From NCBI RefSeq assembly GCF_006345805.1, contig NC_043011.1:9548001-9612000 (forward strand): a stretch of 64,000 nt of DNA, given 5' to 3'. The notes beneath the pieces were generated by a model, which worked only from the letters and a program-made list of their open reading frames with translations, searched no databases and was not told the DNA's origin. Within the stretch, counting starts at the first letter, position 1; every line of letters starts with the position of its first letter. Below, one piece after another: positions 38,290 to 52,009 of the stretch. This stretch comes from Octopus sinensis (taxonomy: Eukaryota). The position numbers were made by a program, and so were the translations under genes.

Positions 38290-38497
38290 CCAGCAGAATT
38301 ATTACCAGTGCTGCTGGTAACACTTAAAAGACACCCAGTACATTCAGTGGAAAGGTTGGCATTAGGAAAGGCATCCAGCCGTAGAACGCATGCCAAAACA
38401 GACAATGGAGCCTGGTGCAGTGCCTAGCTTCAACAGCTCTAGTCAAACCATCCAACCCATGCCAGTATGGAAAATGGGTGTCAAATGATGATGATGA
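38290..38497 (+). mobile_element. Meta-like SINE (likely donor of the 36156 copy)
   Basis: Continues upstream into SINE body sequence, unlike the 36156 copy. Confidence 0.8.
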
Positions 38498-40266
38498 TGT
38501 TGATGATAATATACAAAAATGTTCTCACATTCCAAAAACCATTACTTAGCATTATAAAAAGACAAGGTCTGTCATCAAGGGTCTCTTACTCTAATGGCCC
38601 AGAGGGCTCAACTGCAATTTGAGAGGGGCAGGGTTTGATTCCCTGTTGAGGCTTGTTGCCACTTTTCTGTCTTTTAAAGGATTTTACCTGATTCTCTAAG
38701 CTGTCTTCACAGCCTTTCCTGCATTTGTAAATTCCTTTGTTTTCTGCAATACACACACACACACACACACATTGATTTTTTAAAATGGTAGTACACCCCT
38801 ATCACCGTCTTCCTCTAACCAGTATGATGCTTCCCATATAAGAATATATATGTGTATGCACTGAAGCAGAAGTAATCTAACCCTTCATTTTTTCTGTCTC
38901 TTTTCCTGACTTAAACTAATCCAACATTTCCTTTGTTTTTTTTTTATTTTATTATTTTTGTTATTTAAGTTGCTTTTCAACAGAGCTTCTCAAACTTGTT
39001 GGGCCACTGCCCCCACTCATTGCCACATAATACCCTCAGCACCCCCACCCCTATTTTTATGTATTTTTTTTACTAATTTATACATTCTATCAATCATTTG
39101 ATATTTAATATAATATTTAATTTGTAAACAATACTATGATAATATTATAAATTCATAGTGTCCCCCAATCCACTGCCTTCCCCCCAATGCCTCCTTTTTC
39201 TCTACAAACCCCTTAGGCATCAGCGCTCTCCTGGACTCTCTCAATGCCCACCAGGGGGCAGTAGCACCCATTTTGAGAACCTATACTTTTCAATGTCAAT
39301 TCCAGCCTTCCTGAGAATTCTTGGATCTTGAGATTATCTTCCCTCCTCCTCTTTTGGTGCCCATCTTGCCATTTGGCAAATATGACACTCTCAACAAGGG
39401 AAGATAGTCATTATCAATGTTTCATTTCATAAATACATGCCACAGGTCACTCTGAGTTATTTCTTTGGCTTGTTTTTTTATTCCAAAGAATCTCTGATAT
39501 AAAATAAGACCAATTTGCAGAGTTCTTTAAGCAAAAAACTTCTGCTCTTGGATGGCAGCTTTATTGTAACTTTTGGTTACTTAAAAATAGAGTTTTGTAA
39601 ACATGTGTTCATTAACAGGAAAATGGTAATAATCAAATGTAGATGCAGGCATGACTGTGAAGCCTGCTTTGCACTGTGTGACAGCTCAGGGACAAGTGTT
39701 CTCTGCAACTGCCCAGAGCTGACCAAAGCCTTCTCAGTGGAACTGGATACAAGGCTTTGTGTCTGTCTCACCGTTGCTTGACAATTGGTGCTGCTCTGTC
39801 TACATCCCCATAACTCAGTGGTTTAGAAGAAGAAAAAAAACTGAAAAGAAAACTCAACAAAGTAAATAACAGACCCCCCCCCCCACCAAAAACAGAAAAA
39901 GTACCAGAACAGGTCTTCTGGGCTAAAATCCCTCAAAGCAGAACTCCGACACGTCCGCAGAACAATGATTGAAACAAGTAAAAGCTAAAAGAATGAGATG
40001 TTTATATTTAATGTTTGCTGCTGTATGTGGTTGCTCACCGTGCAAGAAATAGCAGGAAAAAAAATCTCCCCCTACATCACCATATTCCTGTAATCAATGA
40101 TGAAAATATGGGCTTCTTTTAATTTCCATCAACTAAATCCTCTCTACGACAGCCTCTGCGGTAGAGGACCCTTGCCCAAGGGGCCACACAATGGGACTGA
40201 GCCTAAAGCCATGAGCTTGGGAAGCAAACTTTTTACCACAACAACAAGACCCATGCCCGAGTATGA

Positions 40267-40298
<32 letters not shown>

Positions 40299-41946
40299 TT
40301 CAGCGTATGTATGTAATATTGTTTTTGTAACCTTAATAGTTTGGCTAATTTGAATGACAGCGTAAGGGAAGTAACTCTGATAATCCAAAAATTTCTTCTG
40401 ACAAACAAAAGTCTAATTGACAATGAGCTAATTAATGATGCGTTTAATTACGCACATTAATTTTCCTGTATTTATCTTTCAATCAGACATCAATGACCAC
40501 CTCCCACAACCCCAGTGTTTAATTAAATGTTTATAATTACAATTCTGTATAAGTTTTCTTATTACATTTGGTCTTATACTTTGAAGAAGGTGAAATATTA
40601 TTTAGAAGCTGGAATATATTCTCAACTGGATTCTGTAGACTTTGGAATAAAGCTGTAAAGTTAGGAAAGAGAGAAAACGCACAAAGATTGAGAGGTGTCA
40701 TTCATTTCAGTATGAGTCGTTTCTGATTCCACTCAGAATTCGGCTGCTGCGAGTCATAAAATTTGTCACTCAAAGATTTCCTGCAAACATTTTTAAATCT
40801 TTAAAGACTTAATTTTAAAAAAAGTGGGGGTTGCAGGGCAAGATGTTCAACCTTTCTTAGGACCACTGAGAATGTGGGAGGGTAGGAGAAGACTCAGCCA
40901 GAATGTTTGCTTCAGACTTGTTTTGCGTGTGAGAGAGAGAGAGAGAGAGAGAGAGAAAGAAAGAAAGAAAGAGCCGAGCTGGGAAGAAGAGGCAGTGCCT
41001 ATATCCTGAACTGAGAGCTGCAGAAAAATCATGAACGAGGTGAAAGGAATTGCAGGGGCCCAACATTGGGTCCTTGCGGGGCTGAAGGTGATGTGAATAA
41101 TGAAAGGAAGAGAGACGAAATGAGTGAGACAAGATTAACCAACTGTAAGGAACAGAGACCAATGTAGTAGCAGTGGAAATGGGAAAGGGAGAGGACACAG
41201 TACAGCTGTGAACCAGAGGTTGCAATGTGTTTATGAGTGAGTTTATACAAATCAGTTGAGTGACCTCTCAAGGTATCAGATGACTAAAAAATATGGGAGC
41301 AATTCTGACCCAAAATGTGACGGCGATTTTCTATTGTGGGTCTCACTTGAGCTTCGTAGGGGGTCAGGAATTGTTAGGGGCTGAAGTATAGAGTGTGATT
41401 ACGTCTATGAGTGGTGCTTAAGTGTGTGTGTGTGTGTGTGTGTATTTGAAAAAGGAATATTTTCCCAACCAAATGACAAGGAAAAAAATACATGTCTGCA
41501 ACTTCCCCGCCCTCTGAGCCACATCCAAGACCAAAACAACAGCGAGAGGGGGAACGAGCGGGGACAACTACTTCACTCCTAAAGTTCCAAGGTGAGATAA
41601 CTAGATTTATTGCCAAGATGAAAGAGAGAACTGACTGAAGTGAAGTGGATTGCTTTGTGAGGTGACGACGAGTCTCTGTTTATCTCCCTTCGATCAGTCA
41701 GGTTGATGGAGGAGGAGAAGCTAAAACTATGTCGATGTCAACACACCAACTACATATAAAACACATCTCTCTCACTCTCTCTCTCTCTCTCTCTCTCTTT
41801 CTCAATGAGAGAGAGAGAGAGAACAACACAATTAAATATGTAAAATGGTTTAAAAAATGGGTTACTGAAGAATTATAGAATTTTATTACATTTAAACAAA
41901 GTTGAATGGGAATAGCAAGAAGTATCCTGCAACAGTCTTATATGTA

Positions 41947-41984
<38 letters not shown>

Positions 41985-42376
41985 ATGTATATATGTGTGT
42001 ATATATATATATACATATATATAAGGATAAGATCGTTATTTAAAATACCAGCTTTTGAAACAGACATACCTCTCATTCCTGGAAAATTTCCTAGAAAAAC
42101 ATAGTTTTGATTCACAATGGAGGCATTGTCAAAGTGCCATACAATGGTATATATTACTGGAAGTGGATTTGAACTGATGTGTTTTAATGTGATAATTATA
42201 TCTGCATACAACACAGAGAGAGAAAAATAACTGAAAGGAAATATGAAAATAAATAATCAAAATAACCCTACACACACACACACATACACACACATACACA
42301 CACACACACACACATACACACACACACACACATACACACACACAAAATTGTGAATGTTGAAAATAAGACGACTTAC

Positions 42377-42463
42377 CTGAACATGTGGTTTCGTTAGGAG
42401 AGACTTTAATTCATCCGATTCGTTAGCACATGTGTCTGAGTAGTCACTCAGAGCATCCAAAAT
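42377..42463 (-). CDS. CASK: CASK coding exon (L27C domain): ILDALSDYSDTCANESDELKSLLTKPHVQ
   Basis: Minus strand: acceptor tttcatttttgtttaatccag, 87-nt phase 0-0 exon, consensus donor CAG|gtaagt. It matches recalled CASK [27 protein letters not shown] (L27 motif ELxxLLxxPH) and joins the 60393 exon in frame. Confidence 0.92.
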
Positions 42464-43379
42464 CTGGATTAAACAAAAATGAAACATTAATGAAGATAGA
42501 ATATCTTTAAATCATAACAATGGATTATTGCATGAGGATGAAGTGACAGGGGTTTCAGTTAAGTCTTTAAGGATTACATAAATTGGTAGAAAACAAGAGG
42601 AGGTGCATCATCGTAAGAAGCTGAATGAACCCTAACAGACGACTTTTGTGTGAGTCAACATCTTTAAAAACCTATGAAGACCAAACTAAGATTTATTTGA
42701 ACTTGAAACATGGAAAAAAAGGAAAATAAACCTTGTTAATTAATTAGTTTGGTGTTTCACCAAGTTGACCACTTCACACATTTTGGAGGACACAGGATTC
42801 CTGTGGATTTAATTAACAGTTTAATTAGTAGTGCTATTTTATTTACCCTGAAACAAGATATTGATAGTATTAATTGTCTTTTAAAACCTGTCAATGGTTT
42901 TAAAGCATCCCCCCCCTCCCACAAGTATTGAACTAAGAGCAAAACACACTGAACTCTACTTCACCACAGAACTTATTTCTCTAATTCCCTAACCTAATCT
43001 TATCAATATTGTGTCTTTGAGACCCAGGATAGTAGTACTGATGGCTGAGTATGAACCTGTAACGACATCAATTAACATGTTTAATATGAACCACATCGGA
43101 TCTGGAAGGACTCACTGAAATGGTGAACCTACTCAGGCGGAAGAGTTTGCCAAAGAATCTCAACTCCTGTTCCTGTTATTCATTAATCTGCTCCCTTAAT
43201 CCTCCACCCACTCTACCCTATTAACTACACTATGTATAGGGGTTTTTCACTAATGTAATATTCCACATTATAGACATCAACTTAAGAGTATGTATGTGCA
43301 TATTTATAATACTTACATGCACATATCTTTTTTAGTATGTGTGTGTGCATGTGTGTATATTTATGTATGTGTATACATG

Positions 43380-43755
43380 TGGAGGCACAATGGCCCAGTG
43401 GTTATGGCAGCAGACTTGCAGTTGTGGGATCCCAGTTTTGATTCTCAGACCGGGCGTTGTGAGTATTTATTGAGCAAAAACACCTAAAACTCCATGAGGC
43501 TCTGGCAGGGGGTGGTGGCGAACCCTGCTGTACTCTTTTACCACAACTTTCTCTCTTTCTTCCTGTTTCTGTCGTATCTGTATTTCAAAGGGCCAGACTT
43601 GTCACACTCTGTGTCACGCTGAATTTCCCCGAGAACTACGTTAAGGGTACACGTGTCTGTGGAGTGCTCAGCCACTAGCACGTTAATAAATGAGCAGGCT
43701 GTTCCATTGATCAGATCAACCGGGACCCTCATCGTTGTAACCAACAGAGTTCCAC
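43380..43755 (+). mobile_element. tRNA-derived SINE, another subfamily
   Basis: tggcccagtggttatggcag..ttgattctc..ttgagcaaaaacacct, followed by a unique body and (TA)n. Confidence 0.7.
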
Positions 43756-43762
43756 GGTGTGT

Positions 43763-43803
<41 letters not shown>

Positions 43804-43812
43804 GTATATATA

Positions 43813-43844
<32 letters not shown>

Positions 43845-43873
43845 CATACATATATATATACCTACACACACAC

Positions 43874-43917
<44 letters not shown>

Positions 43918-43953
<36 letters not shown>

Positions 43954-44720
43954 TTAATGTTTCTTTCTCCATGCTGGCATGGCTTGGACAGTTTGACAGT
44001 AGCTGACCAGCTGAAGAGCTACCCAGGCTCCATGTCAGTTTTGAGGTGGCTTCAACCACTGAATGCCCTTCCTAACACCAACCACTTTACAGAGTGGCAC
44101 TGGGTGCTTTTATATGGGCACTTTTATGTGCACGAGCACCCACAAGCCCGCTCAGTTGGAAAAGGACATGGGTGACATGCCTGTATGTAAGGATAACCAA
44201 GATTCTACTTAGCTTGGGGTGTGTCTTGACAAGCACAGCAAGCCAGCAGGAGTTTTGGTCCCCTGTCATCCCCTCTGTGAGGTCCAACATCTGAAGGTCC
44301 TTTCTCACCACTGCATCCCACACCTTCCTGGGTCCACTCCTTCCACACATACCCTCCACACTTAGAGATCAGCACTTCTTGATGCAGCTCTCCTCATCCA
44401 CACACATCACATGACTGTGTCAGTGCCATCTCCTCTCTTGCACACAACATCTGATGCCTTGTATACCCAGTTTTACTCTCAACTCACACTCTGCTGTACA
44501 TGCACACTGACATTACTCATCCAGTGGAGCATACTGGCTTCATGTCTTCACATGTCCTCAGTAGTCACAGCCCATGTGTCACTGCCATGTAGCATAGCTG
44601 TTCATACACAGGCTTCCTTACAATCTGCCTTTCACTCTGAAAGAGAGGCCTTTGTTACTAAAAGAGGTAGCAGCTGTCTGAACTTGGCCCAATCCGTTCT
44701 TATTCTGGCAACACTGCTCA
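43918..44720 (-). mobile_element. RTE-clade LINE 3' fragment with (GAT)n tail
   Basis: EGMCGRSGPRKVWDAVVRKDLQMLDLTEGM, plus upstream RARFRQLLPLLVTK..CVGxMLHGS-like sequence. Tail at 43918-44130. Confidence 0.8.
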
Positions 44721-47700
44721 CTTGGCCACTGTCTGCTACTTCTAACACACACTCACACACATGCACAAAGACACACACCTCGTTACAATGTCTTCTGCCG
44801 TAGCCTCAGACGATCAATGCTTTCGAAATAAACTCAGTGGACAGAAACCGTAAGAAGTCAGTCGTACGTGTGTTCCCTTTCTCTTGACATTTGCCTACAA
44901 ATTGTAAATATGGTGCGTCTTCATACAAGAAGTGGTGTCATTTGTTTGCAATATTTTGTGAGAACATGTCTGGCCATTGAGCTGCTTGTAGTTTGAAGTG
45001 CAGCCTGGTGCTAGAAAGAGCAGCTGGCCATAGGAAAACCTGACTCTGCATCTTTCAGTTTGCCAATGCAAGAATGGAAATGGATATTTTCAATGATGAT
45101 TATTCACACGAACATACACAGACACTTTGTACATATATTATCTTTACAATATATATATATATATATCTACAATGTATATTTAACAATATACATGTGCTAA
45201 TTAACCATATCTTTATAGCGTACATCTGATATATCAGCACAATTTGATTAAAGACAACAAATTGAAACTATGAAGTCACTATCACCCCATATTTTTTGTT
45301 AAAAGGTTATTAAATACACACACACACACACACATATTTACATACACATGCACACACATATATACACACTCACACACACACACACATACATACAAACAAT
45401 CATTATTTAATGATTGTTTTCCAGGCCAGCATGACTTGGATGAATGTATGTATGTACGCACACATACATATATGTACACACATATATACATATTATATAA
45501 ATGCATATATATAACTATTTACACACACATACATGTATCTTCATGCCCACACATGCATGTATACACACATATACAGCAAAACTAGGATTAATAATGTGAA
45601 AAGGCTGACATTCAAATAACAATCTCAGATATTTTAATTTTCCCTTAAAATTTATCTGAACACATGAAGAGTTTTAGAATTATATCAGATTAAAATCAAA
45701 GAATTAACCATGTTGTTAGGTTAAAAAAACAAAAACATGTTGAATCACTGCATCTAGTGTTTTGGAGTAATTAAAGCTTAAATATTTCTTTGTTGTCTAT
45801 CAATGATAAAGAATATTCTGGAAGCTTCTTTGAAGATTTTTTTTACTTGAAAGAAAGCCAAATCCCGGTGGAATCTTTTAAAGTGTTGTTATTATTCTAA
45901 ACTATTTTTAGTAATCTTCCAGTGTTCTCAGTGTATCGATTGTCTTCCTCTCTGTCTCAGGGGATTCCTTCTAGACAGACACAAGTATTACCAAATGTAT
46001 TCTTTACCAATCTATTTAAAATAACAACCAATTAATGGTATCATTTGTCTTGGCATCATCCTTTGATTTTAAGGGAGTGGTTAGAGTTGAAAGGAGTGCA
46101 GAAAGCTGAGAGAGAGGAGCAACAGTCAACTATATGAAAGAAAGGAACTGACTAGTGCCCTATTGTATGACCATGAAGGAGAGCAGCTGACCAGTACCCT
46201 ATTGTATGTCCTGGTTCACTACTGAGGAGTTTTAAGCAGACTACCAGGGTACAGTGGAAGTGATGTCTATTTTCTTGACATTCTGTTCAGTTCCTTAAGA
46301 CAAGGAAAGTTGTCTGAAATTTTATGAACTCCCTTCCACATAACATTACAGAAAGCAGAGCAGTAACTTCATTGATCCTAAACAGCAATAACTATTTGTC
46401 TGAGATATAACAGATATATCAGAAATATAACCAGTACATATAACTGGTACATCTGCAATGTAGCTGTGATATCACAGAAATATCTGACGCATAACAACAG
46501 GTATATTTAAACATGGATCCTCTACTAAAGGGTCGATTACTTAAACTACTCCCTAAAATTCTGTTCATTATTTGTCAAATTCTTTACCTGAAAACATCAT
46601 AGAATTTGTAACAGTTTCTAGAAAATTTAACTGAAGGAGATCAATAACAAGACTTACATTAAAACAGTCTTCATATTTACAAGAAATGATAGTGTGTGGG
46701 TGGGTGGGTGAGGGGACCGAAGTATATTAGGAGTAGAAGTCTGTGGGTAGTTGTTAGTTGAGTAAGTGTGGCTGCTATAAAGGAACTGAGGTATATTTTG
46801 GAGTGGCAGTAAGAAAAGATTTTTTTTTTTCACTGCTTTCACAGATTCCCATGACTCTGTCACCATCCAGTTCCATTATTATGAATTTGAATAAGGTGCT
46901 TGAGGCATATTGAGTCTTTCATTAACTGATTACACAAACGTGGATGCTGCCCTGACGCTTGATCTTCAAGGCTTCCCCTCCACTCAGCATCAACGTAAGA
47001 AGAACCATTGGCTCAGTTGAGCTCTTCTGCTTCCTCTTCACACTCGGCCATGCAGCAGTTTCCTCATGTCACCTTATCCCTAGCAGGGTGGCAAGGGAAA
47101 AGGTCTGCTCTAGATTTCAAGAGAAGGGACCAAAGTCATTGACAGTTTAATGGTGTCAAAAACTTTTAGAAGAATGTAACAGAGTTATTGATGTTGTTGA
47201 TGATGATGACAAAAATGATAAAGAAGGGAGAATAATGATGTCAGTGATGATGTGAATAACAGCGATTGATTGATATTGATTCTGATGATTGATACTGACA
47301 TTGCTGATGAAAATACAAAAGTTGAACAATGTTAATTATGTTGGTAATAATGCTGGTTGATGGCAATGGTAATGATGATGTTGATGATATTTAATTAAAC
47401 TGTGAAGTGGTAATTAAAGAAAGAAATTTGTAAACTCATGATGAGAAACTATTTTTAAAGACTTTCTCCTTCAAAGAAAACGGGGAAAATGACAAAATTC
47501 TAGAGAGAGTGGCATGAAGACAGAATTGTTTGCCTGCAGCCATAAGACAAGGCTTTTATTGAATCTGGCTTTCAAGATCTTTACTTGAAAATTCTTCCAT
47601 TTATTCCACAAAATTTTCTAAGATATTTCACATGTAAATAGAAATAAGTAAATAAAATACAAAACAAACAAAATATTGAAGCCAAATCAAAGATCAATAA

Positions 47701-49840
47701 TCAGTTTTCAATATGATTTATATTGTTAAATCTGTGTCTTTATGAAGTTGTATTTAGAAAGTAGTTTTTAGCAAGTGATGGGGATTCAAACCTTGCTTTG
47801 TCACACTTTTACCTAAAAGTCTCTCTCATTAAACTTTCCATATCTTAATTATTTATCGTTAGCTGCCAAAACATGTCGGTGTGTCTTCTCACAAACAAAT
47901 CTAATTAATTCTTTTATCTGTACGCACACACACACAAGTATAGGAAACAGTCATCTGGACACAGTTTGACAGTTCAAAATAATTCATTTAGATGTGACTG
48001 GTTACCGTTATATTACTGGTATTGTGCAGTATTTTCTGTAGAAATTTGCTTTTGTATTTATGGTTGTCAACATGAAGCATTTTGTAAGCAGATAAAGCAC
48101 TTTATATTTGACAACTGTTAGTTGACAGTATTGAGTGAAAGGTCAGCTATAGTTTTAGAGAAAATCATAGAAATGTTGAAATTGTCCCCTCTACAGAGAG
48201 AACAGATGCTAAAACACAGGAGCAGTTTTTGTAAAAACTGTCATTAATAAAGAAATAGGGAGGAAATTCAATGGGGTGGAGGGACAAAAATAGGGTTCCC
48301 TAAATTGTGTTAAATAAAAACAAGATTGATATAAAAAATGAACATTGCTTGGTTGAGATGTTTACTTCACAACAAGGAAATCCATATTTTGACTTTTCCA
48401 TTGCGTCGACTTCAGTATGAAATGTCTTCTTCTGTCATAGACTTGGTTCCACCCTATGCATTGCAAGTGGAATTTGAAAGATCAGAAACTGTAATGAAAA
48501 TATGTCGTGTAGGTATGTGTGGTGTGTGTGTGTGTTTGCACATTGTTTTCAAATGAAAACCCCAAAATGTTTATTCCATCTCAACTGCATGGAGAGTGCC
48601 ATCCTCACCAGAGGAATAGAAAGAAATCCAGGGATTGGACAATTGGAAATCGAACACCAATCACATTATTGATCACAAAATGGCATAAAATTAGTAAATG
48701 AGTAAAACACTATTTTTTGTAAAAAGATTTAAATCTGCAAAAGAAAGTTTATATTTTTTTGACGGAGGGGAATATTGTCCGGGTTAAAGAAGATGGGTTA
48801 GAATTTGACAAAGAATTTTTCAAGGGAAAATTTATTGGTTGGAATGACCAATTTCACAAAATAGTTTTGATATAGAGAATAATATATAAAAAAAAAAGCT
48901 GTATTTACCTTAAAAGTCTACAGTTAAGGAAAAACACGTAACGTGTCGGGGGTGGTGGTGGTGGTGGTGGTGGTGCAAATAACAGCTGTTACTGAATCTG
49001 TCTTACCTATGTGCAGCAGAGTGCCAACACAGCACAGTGTTTATAACAGAAGAAGGGAAACTGATAAAGTGTAATTAATTGCTTTCATTATGATAATTAT
49101 GTTGGATTGGCTGTTGTATTTTTCAGGGAATTTTGTCTCAGAAATAAGCTGTTGCTTATATCTAAATTTTCCTTGTGATTCTTTCATTGAATTCTTTGAG
49201 GAAAGCAAAAATCAATGGCAAGGTGTATTGTTACGTTTTGTTTGTGGTTTCTAGAAATGGTATGTTGTAAACAGGTGGGTGTTAAGGAAATAGAAACTAA
49301 AGAGGAACTCAGAAATGAATAATGCCTGTTCCAAATGTAGGCAAAGTGTAAACCAAAGAAGAAAACAATGAGCAGGTAGTAGACAGATGCACAGGTAAGT
49401 GTGCATGTAAGAGGTGACAGGTGCACAGGTAGTGTGTATGTGATAGGCGACAGGTGAAATGATACTGGTGGTGGGAGTTATGTAAGGGGAAGAGGAGAAG
49501 GAAAGATTGGAAAGAAAAAAGAATAGAGAGGGAGGTGGCAGGGTTGGGAAAAAGTTGAAGAATTCATATTAAAGATGGTGAAGAATGAAGACGAGAAACA
49601 TTGAGAAAAAGGAGGAATTAAACAAAGAAATGAGGTTGTGAGTGAGTTTGTGTGAGTATGTTAGAAACCAATTCCTTCTTTGTAGGAAAAGTTCACGTAA
49701 TTAAAAGAAAAAGTAAAGAAACAAAGTTCCATTTTTTAAATTTAATTATCATAAACAGAGAGTGTTTACTTGTTGAACTCTAGAAAATTCTAGTAGATTT
49801 ATAGTGGTCTGCTTACAGACTGTATTTATAAAAGAGAGAG

Positions 49841-49871
<31 letters not shown>

Positions 49872-50399
49872 TGGTCTTGACTTGAAAACCTCATCTTTTT
49901 GTGATTAAACATGCAAGCCAGACACATATTTTGTTCTCCCCAGACAATGGAACAGACATTTGTGACAAATGTTTCACCAGTGAAGAATGCTCCACTCCAC
50001 TGACCCCCAATGGTCGGTCCTCAGAGTAAAGAGCTGGACAGGCTGAGACACAGGACATGCAAACTGAGAGGTTACTTTGCTAAAAATGGATTCACAGAAG
50101 TTCCATTGGCCATGGGCTGGTGAGAAGAAGGAGGAGGAGGAGGAGGTGGTAGGGACCTGTAACTCAGAACAGCTGGGAGTTTTGACAAGATAACATGCCA
50201 TGGTGGAGCAAGGTCTTGACCCGAGAAAAGGGTAACATGTTGATGTAGCGAAAGCCATAATAGCTAAGTGATGTATCTAGAAATAAAGGATGAGAGTAGA
50301 GCATCAAGGAATATTCTCAGATCAACAGCACAAAAAGAAAGAAAAAAAATAGCCTGAAATCAAGCGGTTATCCTATGTTCTGTGACTAAAGAATGTGAG

Positions 50400-50720
50400 G
50401 GGTGTTGCAAGGTTACAAAGTGGTGCATCAGATTTTGTTGGGGAATGAAATACTTGGAATGACAGAATTCCACTTAACATCAACAGCGCAAGGAAGGAAG
50501 ACATTTGAAAATAGTATGACAAGAAGTTGCTGATTGTGGAGAATGTCTGGGAGAAAGTAAGATTATGTCCAATACAGCCAACAGAGATACCAGCTAGTGG
50601 CATTGACTCGGTTGAAATAGCCATTTCATGGTTAAAATAACATCCCATGGTCAATATAGTCATTAGGGATAAAGAAAAGCTGCCAAGCCATCAGGGACAG
50701 TTGCTGAGACACTCAGGAAA
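50400..50720 (+). mobile_element. Old RTE-clade LINE fragment
   Basis: KKLLIVENVWEK..PTEIPA and KAAKPSGTVAETL resemble RTE ERLLNVENAWEK..PTEGPA and KAPGPSGIVAEML. Confidence 0.5.
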
Positions 50721-51753
50721 TACTCAACAAAGCTCAGTCTACATGTTTGCTCAGTTTATTTTGGGACAGCACATGCTTGGTCAAGAAGTTACTTTGTAAC
50801 CAGGTGGCTTTCAGTTCAATCCCATTGTTTGGCACCTTGGGCAAGAGTATTCTACATCTAACTTGGGTTAACAATGCCTGTGCAAGAGTCCGTTTGGTAT
50901 GTGGGTGTTTGTACCCTGTAACATTGCACTTAGGCAAACAAAAATCAATGCAATAAATATTGATGTTGAGGTGATGGTAATGTCCCAACATAGTCACAAA
51001 CCAATGGATAAAACCAGTAAAAGAATATCTTTTGGAACCAATTAACTGTTATCACTCAGTTTGGCTCAGAGATTCTATTTAAAATTCCACATCTCAATAG
51101 TTTACAAAAAGACCGACTACCTTAGTGTTTCTGTTACTCAACTCTACATTAATTTGTTCTCATTCAATGGCTAACAGACAACAGTAGTTCATTTCATTGA
51201 GCACAAGGCCCATTTCCTACTGAGTCTTACCCATAGATTTCCACAACAGTTGTACTGAGATTTTCACTCTTCCCAAATATTTTACCTATCCAACGGGAAG
51301 AATTCTGGGGAAATGTCACAAGAACACTTAGCTGCCCCTGTTTCAAAGGATTATAGAAGTGTTATACCATATATTATTTTCAAGATTTTGGCACAAGGCC
51401 AGCTATTTTATGGAAGGTGAGGAGGAAGGTGATTATGTTGAACCCATTGATCAACCCCAAAAGGATGAAAGGCAAAGTTGGCCTTGGCAAAATTTGAACT
51501 CAGAACATAAAGATGAACGAGATGCCGTTAAGCCTTTTGCCTGACAACTCTGCCAATGCCCCACCTTATACGTTGCAACATATTGACAGTTTAGATGTTA
51601 GATTCATCTCAGATGTCACCATTCTTTAATAATGTCTAACCCTACTGCCACTGCTTTACATATTCCTTGTCTTTGGAACTGATCTGACATTGTACAGGGC
51701 TGGGCAGCCACTGATGGATATATACACAATTAAACTTTACACAATTGACTGGT

Positions 51754-51793
<40 letters not shown>

Positions 51794-51952
51794 TATCCAA
51801 ACAGCTACACACCCACCACCACCACCATTTACTTTTATGATTGTGTTTCTGTTTGTTTATAACTAACATTATATAGGCACTAATGTGTGTGTGTGTGTAT
51901 TGTGTATGTGGTGTGAGAGAGAGGAGAGTAACAGACAGAAATATTATAGACA

Positions 51953-52009
<57 letters not shown>

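Larger units (their letters stand above)
1..42376 (-). other. CASK: Giant CASK intron (over 42 kb, runs off the window) following the L27C exon
   Basis: Donor at 42376. No exon encoding the expected ALLQxHDVVA or PDZ sequence was found by eye in 1-42376. Confidence 0.65.

Noticed and set aside
41030-41260. Minus-strand peptide with YIG and APQGPN, vaguely like a Penelope GIY-YIG C-terminus
   Set aside because: Too degenerate to align convincingly.
48441-48512. 72-nt plus-strand exon-like unit (DLVPPYALQVEFERSETVMKICRV) with AG/GT ends
   Set aside because: Antisense to CASK, no recognisable domain and no partner exons; such units are expected by chance in 64 kb.
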